Source: a bacterium
GTDB taxonomy: Bacteria > UBA8248
Assembly (NCBI GenBank): GCA_965200245.1
Contig: CBDATS010000004.1
Coordinates: 384,001 to 448,000 of the forward strand
Length of the DNA stretch: 64,000 nt
Direction of reading: 5' to 3'
Shown here: positions 58,101-64,000 of the stretch, one piece after another
Position numbering within the stretch: the stretch's first letter is position 1
How the letters are laid out: each line of letters starts with the position of its first letter
Made by a program: the position numbers and the translations under genes
The notes under the pieces: model-generated
Databases searched by the model: none
Seen by the model: only the letters and a program-made list of their open reading frames with translations
What the model was told of the DNA's origin: nothing

Positions 58101-59846
58101 CTATTTGGACGGGATAACCGGCAAGAGCACGTGGGATGGATGGTCGGGGCCGGTGTGGACCGTCACGTCGCCGCCGAAAACCTCGGGAGGTCTGTTCAGC
58201 GAATCGTTGTGGCGAAACGGTCCCACACCCGAGAAAACGGCGGGCATGTTCGGAAGCCCCGCGGCGACGCCACCTGGATAAACGTAGTCGCACCCCCTGA
58301 TGCTCAACGCGAGACGATACCCCCTCGGTATCACGATGCAGGTCGGCCATATTTCCACGTCGAGTTCGTATATTTCGCCCGGCGTCAAGGGTTGCACCTC
58401 GTCGTGCGCGTGGTAGGGACGGTATGGCAACGTGAGAACTTTATCGAGCTTTCGATGCGAGGCCCTGAGCCATCCCTGAACCACAGGGGTATGCGGGTCG
58501 AGCGCGCCCTGGAAAGTGACTTCCCTGAAGTCGGGCGTGAAGATTCTGAGAACCAGGAACAGATCGGCGTCATCGGACGCAGAGGACACCCACAACTTCG
58601 ACGCCATGGGGCCCGTGATCTCTGTTTCGCGTTTCAAGGGAGACGAGACGAACGTGACGCCGTCGCTCAAGCCTTTGTAGGTGGCAGAACCCGCCTCCGG
58701 GGGCTCAGTTTCGCCGAGGAGGTGTCCTTCTGTATGGAGATACAGCTTCGTCCAGTTCGTGCGCTTGAGGGGCCACTCGTTCTCCGCACGTTCCACGAAT
58801 TTTTCCCCCGGATGGCGCACCTGCAGCAGGACTCTCGGCTGATCTTTCCAGCCCGTGTCCTCGCCTTTCAGGAAGTGGCCAAAGAATTTCTTCTGAAGCG
58901 CGACACCGTAACCGGTGTAAAATTCCGTCCAATGCTCGATGCCGTGGCTCTCCAGCCATTTTTCCTTTGAAGCCGCGCGCATGAATGCCTCGCAGTTTCC
59001 CCTCGGGTGAAGCCCCTGGCCACCCCAGTTGTTGGAAGACAGGAAGGGAACCTCGACTTTTGACCAATCAGGCGTCTTCGCCTTCCAGTATTCATCATCG
59101 AGCGGATGCGCGCGCATCTCCGCGCCCAGAGGGCAGCGATTGGCACCCAATTCTTCTTCGCTCAGCGTATCCGGCCCCGAGACCCAATCGCCCGTCACCC
59201 GGCTCTTGTAACCGCGCTCGCCCAAACCGTGCTGTTTGGAACACGCGCGTCTCGCGTACCAGTTCTCCGTGAACGTGCAGTAGATGCCCCCGTGATAGTT
59301 CATGTCACGGTAGAAATCTGCCGCTCCCTCCCAGGCGCACATGGCGACGAGATGCGGAGGTTTCAGGCACGCGACCTGCCACTGGTTGATGGCGTAATAG
59401 GAGATGCCGTTGGTCCCCACCTTCCCGTTGCTCCAGGGCTGTACGCCTGCCCATTCGATACACTCGTAAAAATCACGCGTCTCGCGCTCCGAGAATGGGT
59501 CCATATATCCCGGCGAGCGGCCAGTGCCTCTTGAATCGACGCGCACGCAGGCGTAGCCGTCCGGTACCCATTTCTCCGGATCCACCACCTCCCAGTTCTG
59601 GTATTTGTTCGAAGAGCCGGCAGCGACATCGGGGTGTCGTTCCACCATGCGGCGCCACTGATCAGGATAACCATCCTCGAAATGGAGCCACTTCCCGTAA
59701 ATCCCGTATGTGATGATCACGGGATAGCGTCCCTCCTGGGCAGGTCGGAAGACATCGCAGCGCAACACGAGGCCATCGTCCATCTCGATGGGAACTTCCC
59801 AGTCGATCCGCATGCCGTCGGCTATTTCCGATTTACGCCCTCTCAT
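58101..59846 (-). CDS. CocE/NonD family serine hydrolase, paralog 1
   Basis: DGLVLRCDVFRP, DSRGTGRS, WSNGKVG.NGISYY nucleophile elbow, C-terminal PepX domain. Confidence 0.92.
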   Translation of the reverse strand: MRGRKSEIADGMRIDWEVPIEMDDGLVLRCDVFRPAQEGRYPVIITYGIYGKWLHFEDGYPDQWRRMVERHPDVAAGSSNKYQNWEVVDPEKWVPDGYACVRVDSRGTGRSPGYMDPFSERETRDFYECIEWAGVQPWSNGKVGTNGISYYAINQWQVACLKPPHLVAMCAWEGAADFYRDMNYHGGIYCTFTENWYARRACSKQHGLGERGYKSRVTGDWVSGPDTLSEEELGANRCPLGAEMRAHPLDDEYWKAKTPDWSKVEVPFLSSNNWGGQGLHPRGNCEAFMRAASKEKWLESHGIEHWTEFYTGYGVALQKKFFGHFLKGEDTGWKDQPRVLLQVRHPGEKFVERAENEWPLKRTNWTKLYLHTEGHLLGETEPPEAGSATYKGLSDGVTFVSSPLKRETEITGPMASKLWVSSASDDADLFLVLRIFTPDFREVTFQGALDPHTPVVQGWLRASHRKLDKVLTLPYRPYHAHDEVQPLTPGEIYELDVEIWPTCIVIPRGYRLALSIRGCDYVYPGGVAAGLPNMPAVFSGVGPFRHNDSLNRPPEVFGGDVTVHTGPDHPSHVLLPVIPSK

Positions 59847-59873
59847 TGCATCCCTATCATCTTTGTTCAGGAA

Positions 59874-61622
59874 TCATACTTCAGGGGGAATCACCGGCAA
59901 CAATACGTGGGATGGATGCGCCAGGCCAGTGTGCAGCGTCACCTTGCCGCCGAACAGATCTGTCGGCCTGTTTTCTTTCAAGTCATGTTTGAAGGGCCCC
60001 ACCCCGTAGTAGACACGGCCCGATACCCTGGGTGCCGTCGGCTCATAGCCGGGCCAGACGTAATCGCGCCCCCTGATGCTCAGCGCCAGGCGGTATTCCC
60101 TGGGGATCACGATGGAGGTCGGCCATATCTCGATGTCGAGTTCGTATATCTCACCCGGTGTAAGCGGCTGTACCTCGTCGTGCGTGTGGTAGGGCCTGTA
60201 GGGGAGCGTAAGGTTTTCATCGATCTTTCGGTGCGAAGCCCTCAACCAGCCGATGGCCACGGGCGTGTGCGGGTCGTTCGCACCCCGGTAGACGATCTCC
60301 GTCATGTCCGGCGTGAATACGCGCAGGGTAAGGAACAGATCCGCGTCCTGGGTATCCGATGAGACGAACAGCTTGGCCGCCACGGGTCCTGCGATCTCGG
60401 TTTCCTCGACGAAGGGGTGCGAGACGTATGTGAGACCGTCGCCCAGGGCGTCGTAGGTCTTCGTCCGCTCGTTCGTCTGGGGTTCGGGCCGGAAGGTGCC
60501 CGAACCCGAATGCAGATAATATTTCGTCCACTGCGCGCGTGCGATAGGCCATTCGTTCTCCGCGCGTGCCACGAATTTCTCTCCCGGATGCCGCACCTGG
60601 AGCAAGACTTTCGGCTGATCCTCCCAGCCGGTGTCCTCGCCCTTGAGGAAATGGCCGAAGAATTTCTTCTGAAGCGCCACGCCGTAATCGGTGTAAAACT
60701 CCGTGAAATGCTCCAGGCCGTGCATCTCGAGCCATTTCTGATCCGTAACCGATCGCACGAAACCCTCCGTGTTGCCTCTGGGGTGCAGCCCGACGCCACC
60801 CCAGTTGCCCGCCGACAAGAGCGGTACGTTGATTTTCGAGTAATCAGGCATGCGTTGTTTCCAGTAATCATCCACGAGGGGATGATCAAGGATATCTCGT
60901 CCGAAGTCGCTTCTGTTCGAAGCGAGTTCCTCCTCGCTCAGGTTCGCGGGACCGGAAATCCAGTCGCCGTTCAGGCGGCTTTTGATGCCGCGTTTTCCCT
61001 TGCCGTGCTGGCGGGGAACGACGGCCTCCCTGTACCAGGTCTCAGAAAACCGGCAGGCGATGCCCCCGTGGTGCGCGAGGTCGCGGTAGAAATCAGCCGC
61101 TCCCTCCCAGACGCACATGGCTGCCAGGTGCGGCGGCTGGAGAGAAGCCACCTGCCACTGGTTCATTCCGTAATAGGAGATGCCGTTCAGCCCCACTTTC
61201 CCGTTGCTCCAGGATTGAACACCCGCCCACTCGATACAGTCGTAAAAATCCCTGGTCTCGCGAGGAGACCATACTTCGAGATAGCCCGGTGAGCGACCCG
61301 CACCCCTTGAATCCACGCGTACACAGACGTAGCCGTCGGGCACCCATTTTTCGGGATCGACGAGTTCCCAGTTCTGGTATTTGTTGGTAGTCCCCATGAC
61401 GGTTTCGGGATAATCGTTCACCATCAGGTTCCACTGGTGGGGGTAGCCATCTTGCAGATGAAGCCACTTTGCATAGGGACCGTAGCTCATGATGACGGGG
61501 TATTCGCCGTCATCATCAGGCCGGTAGATGTCGCAGCGCAGCAACACACCATCGTCCATTTCAATAGGCACGTCCCAGTCGATGCGCATCCCGTCTCTTG
61601 CCTCGCTCTTGTACTCGTTCAT
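59874..61622 (-). CDS. CocE/NonD family serine hydrolase, paralog 2
   Basis: Same motifs, collinear with paralog 1. Alternative start at 61637. Confidence 0.92.
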   Translation of the reverse strand: MNEYKSEARDGMRIDWDVPIEMDDGVLLRCDIYRPDDDGEYPVIMSYGPYAKWLHLQDGYPHQWNLMVNDYPETVMGTTNKYQNWELVDPEKWVPDGYVCVRVDSRGAGRSPGYLEVWSPRETRDFYDCIEWAGVQSWSNGKVGLNGISYYGMNQWQVASLQPPHLAAMCVWEGAADFYRDLAHHGGIACRFSETWYREAVVPRQHGKGKRGIKSRLNGDWISGPANLSEEELASNRSDFGRDILDHPLVDDYWKQRMPDYSKINVPLLSAGNWGGVGLHPRGNTEGFVRSVTDQKWLEMHGLEHFTEFYTDYGVALQKKFFGHFLKGEDTGWEDQPKVLLQVRHPGEKFVARAENEWPIARAQWTKYYLHSGSGTFRPEPQTNERTKTYDALGDGLTYVSHPFVEETEIAGPVAAKLFVSSDTQDADLFLTLRVFTPDMTEIVYRGANDPHTPVAIGWLRASHRKIDENLTLPYRPYHTHDEVQPLTPGEIYELDIEIWPTSIVIPREYRLALSIRGRDYVWPGYEPTAPRVSGRVYYGVGPFKHDLKENRPTDLFGGKVTLHTGLAHPSHVLLPVIPPEV

Positions 61623-62363
61623 CTCTCGCCTTTCCATGAAGAAAAATGGAAATCACCGTCGGTGATGTGCTCTAGAGGATACCTGGAATATAACCGAGCG
61701 AAGGTACGGCGTCCAGGGTTGGGAGCTGATGCGGTGAGGGGTCTCCGGCCGTCACAACCTCAGGTTCGTGAACAGTATTTTGCAGGTGAAGATGACAGAA
61801 GGTTTCAAAGCTGAAAGGCAATCCAGGCAGAAACCACAGCCCAAGTCGTAAGTTCAGCGATTCCGGTTAATCTGTTATACGTCATCGTGAAATTTTCAGG
61901 AAAAATCCCGCTTGGAAGTGCATGGTGGAATTGTCCCCCGTCAATGAAATCCATGGCGGCGAATCTTCCTTCCGGTGAATAGAGAGTCGACGATTTTCCC
62001 GGCACCATATTGCTCGACCTTCGACCTGCGCCCACGCTTCCTCTCCATTCCAAGTTCCCCACGAGGATGTCCGGGGAGATCGTGATGACACCTTCGCGCA
62101 GGACGCGGGCCGCCAATCTATTCACGATGCGATACCTCCCCAATAACTTTCATACTGATGCGTCGGAAGCCATTCGACATGATCCAGACCTTTTTCATCC
62201 ACCGAAACACTTCCTCGATGACCAACTCGTCGAAACGCAAAAACCCCGCTCATGGCGGGACATTGGATAATATAGAGGTGCGGATTGGGGGAGTAATTAC
62301 GCGGCCTTCATGTTGAGAAATACGCCTGCGCGCTGCACAATGCCTGGCGAGGAGGACACTTCG

Positions 62364-62771
62364 ATGCGCTTGAGCGCGCCAGCAATCACTATATTCGCCG
62401 TTTTCACGCTTTGGCTGTTTGGACTGCCCGACTCACCGGCCCAAGGCCACGGAGAGGAGGAAATCCTCCTGTTTGCTTATCTCGCGGAGGAACGGAACCT
62501 GCTCAGGATATCAACCGCCATCGTAGGCTGCATCATCCTGGCGATGGGCGTCTTCATCACCCAGCAATCGCGCGCCGAGGCCAGGGAAAGCGCGGGATCC
62601 GAACACCCGCCTTTCAAGGTAATGGCACCGGGGATGCTGGTCACGTGTTTGGGCGTCGCGATATTGTTCACGGCCGCCTTTATCTTGCCCGAACAAATCA
62701 AGATCGTCCACGATCATCCCCTGGAACACATCAAGACGAAAACCACGAGAAACAACGGCAGCCCCCCGTAA
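62364..62771 (+). CDS. Small membrane protein
   Basis: SD GAGGAGG; signal-like N-terminus plus two hydrophobic helices. Confidence 0.65.
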   Translation: MRLSAPAITIFAVFTLWLFGLPDSPAQGHGEEEILLFAYLAEERNLLRISTAIVGCIILAMGVFITQQSRAEARESAGSEHPPFKVMAPGMLVTCLGVAILFTAAFILPEQIKIVHDHPLEHIKTKTTRNNGSPP

Positions 62772-63325
62772 ACCTTCCCCGCGCAACAACTACTCACCGC
62801 GCTTTTCCTGTGAGCTTTTCCACAATGTGTAGCACCGCCAGCACCTGCGCAGGCCTCTCAACGCCGGCACCCACCCCCCGTTCCCGGCCCGTACGCGGAA
62901 GCGATACCGCCCGGATCTGTTACGGAACACCTCTATGGGAAAATGCATCGGGAAATTTACGGCCAACACACGACGCCCCCAGAAAAAACCCAAAAGCACG
63001 AGACATGTCCCCGTGACGGTGAAACACAAAACGGTGCGTTTCCCGACCGCCCAGCACGAAAGCATCGCGTCCGCTCTTTTTTCGAATCCGTTATATTTTG
63101 CGAATGATCCTCCTACCTCTGTATTGGTGGCATCCCGTGCACCTCACGTATGCAGCGTATCTCGACCCTTGGGATTTCAGGCCTTGATCCTTTTCGGTCG
63201 ATGATGGAAGATACGGGTACAGGGGGGATGACGCGCTTTAGACAGAGAGCGCGTGCCTACCCTAGCCTGTTCAATACGACAACGATGCGTAAACCGTGCA
63301 TGCCGCTACTAATAGGAGATGACCC

Positions 63326-63814
63326 ATGAAAAAACTGACCGCCATCGCCCTCGTCGCCGCATTCAGTCTGGGTCTTGCCGGTTGCCGCGCCGATGGAACC
63401 ATGGACAAGCAGACCGGCGGAGCGATCATCGGGGGAATCGCGGGCGGCCTGATCGGTTCGAAGATCGGCAAAGGCCGGGGTCGCCACGTGGCAACTATCG
63501 CGGGGGCTGTTCTAGGCAGCCTCGCGGGCAGTTCCATCGGGAAGCAACTCGACGAACGCGACCGTCTGTTGATGTCGCGCAGCACGCAAAGAACACTTGA
63601 GAGGGGAAAAACGAACGTGGCCAGCACGTGGGTGAACCCCGACACAGGCAACCGGGGCACCATCACACCCCAGCGTACCTACCGGGTCAAGAGAGGCTCC
63701 ACATCAAGTTACTGCCGTGAGTTTCAGCAGACCATTACCGTGGGCGGCAAGACCGAGCGCGCCTATGGTCGCGCCTGCAGAAAACCCGACGGAAGCTGGC
63801 AGATCGTCAACTAG
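63326..63814 (+). CDS. Glycine-zipper lipoprotein, 17-kDa surface antigen type
   Basis: Lipobox LAGC, GGAIIGGIAGGLIG zipper, WVNPDTG, YCREFQQT, ACRKPDGSW. Confidence 0.9.
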   Translation: MKKLTAIALVAAFSLGLAGCRADGTMDKQTGGAIIGGIAGGLIGSKIGKGRGRHVATIAGAVLGSLAGSSIGKQLDERDRLLMSRSTQRTLERGKTNVASTWVNPDTGNRGTITPQRTYRVKRGSTSSYCREFQQTITVGGKTERAYGRACRKPDGSWQIVN

Positions 63815-63940
63815 AGGGGACCGCGCAGAGACTCGCATCATATATCGTTGCCAGTCCTGTCCCGTCAGTTTCCGTATGGGACTCATGATCCCTCGGAGAT
63901 ATAATCCGCATATTGCGGCCTGATCCACGAGAGGCACCTC

Positions 63941-64000
63941 ATGAAGAAGCGGATGTGCGAATACGTGGCTTTCGTTTTTTTGATATCCGGGTGTGCGGGC
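63941..64000 (+). CDS. Putative lipoprotein, N-terminus only (truncated by the window)
   Basis: SD GAGG; MKKRMCEYVAFVFLISGCAG with lipobox ISGC. Confidence 0.5.
   Translation, partial: MKKRMCEYVAFVFLISGCAG

Noticed and set aside
58101-61637. Repeated tracts as a diversity-generating retroelement TR/VR pair or a repeat array
   Set aside because: They lie in two full-length paralogous genes, and no reverse transcriptase is present.
61805-62270. ORFs between the CocE genes and the membrane protein
   Set aside because: An SD-GTG exists on the minus strand but no coherent or recognisable product; possibly a remnant, not supportable.
62816-62824. DnaA box TTTTCCACA / possible origin
   Set aside because: Single box with no cluster and no dnaA context.
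1-64000. CRISPR arrays, IS elements, prophage genes, rRNA
   Set aside because: No regularly spaced direct repeats, transposase/integrase/phage motifs or rRNA-like sequence seen by eye.

Overview
GC-rich (roughly 60% by eye) bacterial chromosomal segment dominated by metabolic genes, with no CRISPR array, integrase or transposase that I could recognise. Main content: two carbohydrate-type ABC transporters, a catabolic patch (LLM, VOC, HpcH aldolase, FAH, LeuCD-like), hemE-hemH-hemY, tRNA-Cys, glgX-glgB, a D-tartrate dehydratase-like enolase, a coenzyme F420 operon (cofG-cofH-FrhB/FpoF-like-nitroreductase-cofD-cofC-cofE-cupin), a CdaA-YbbR fusion diadenylate cyclase, tandem Mer-like LLM paralogs, amtB, a Cya2-type class III cyclase and tandem CocE/NonD hydrolases. 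The ORF track misses two probable selenoproteins, an OsmC-like protein (UGA at 40833) and a UGSC-motif protein (UGA at 46674). Each has an in-frame UGA at a redox-Cys position followed by a SECIS-like hairpin, and both lie near the F420 operon and LLM genes. Also found: two candidate structured RNAs, several decayed lower-GC inserts, and three genes broken by single lesions. All calls come from reading motifs by eye; no database searches were run.
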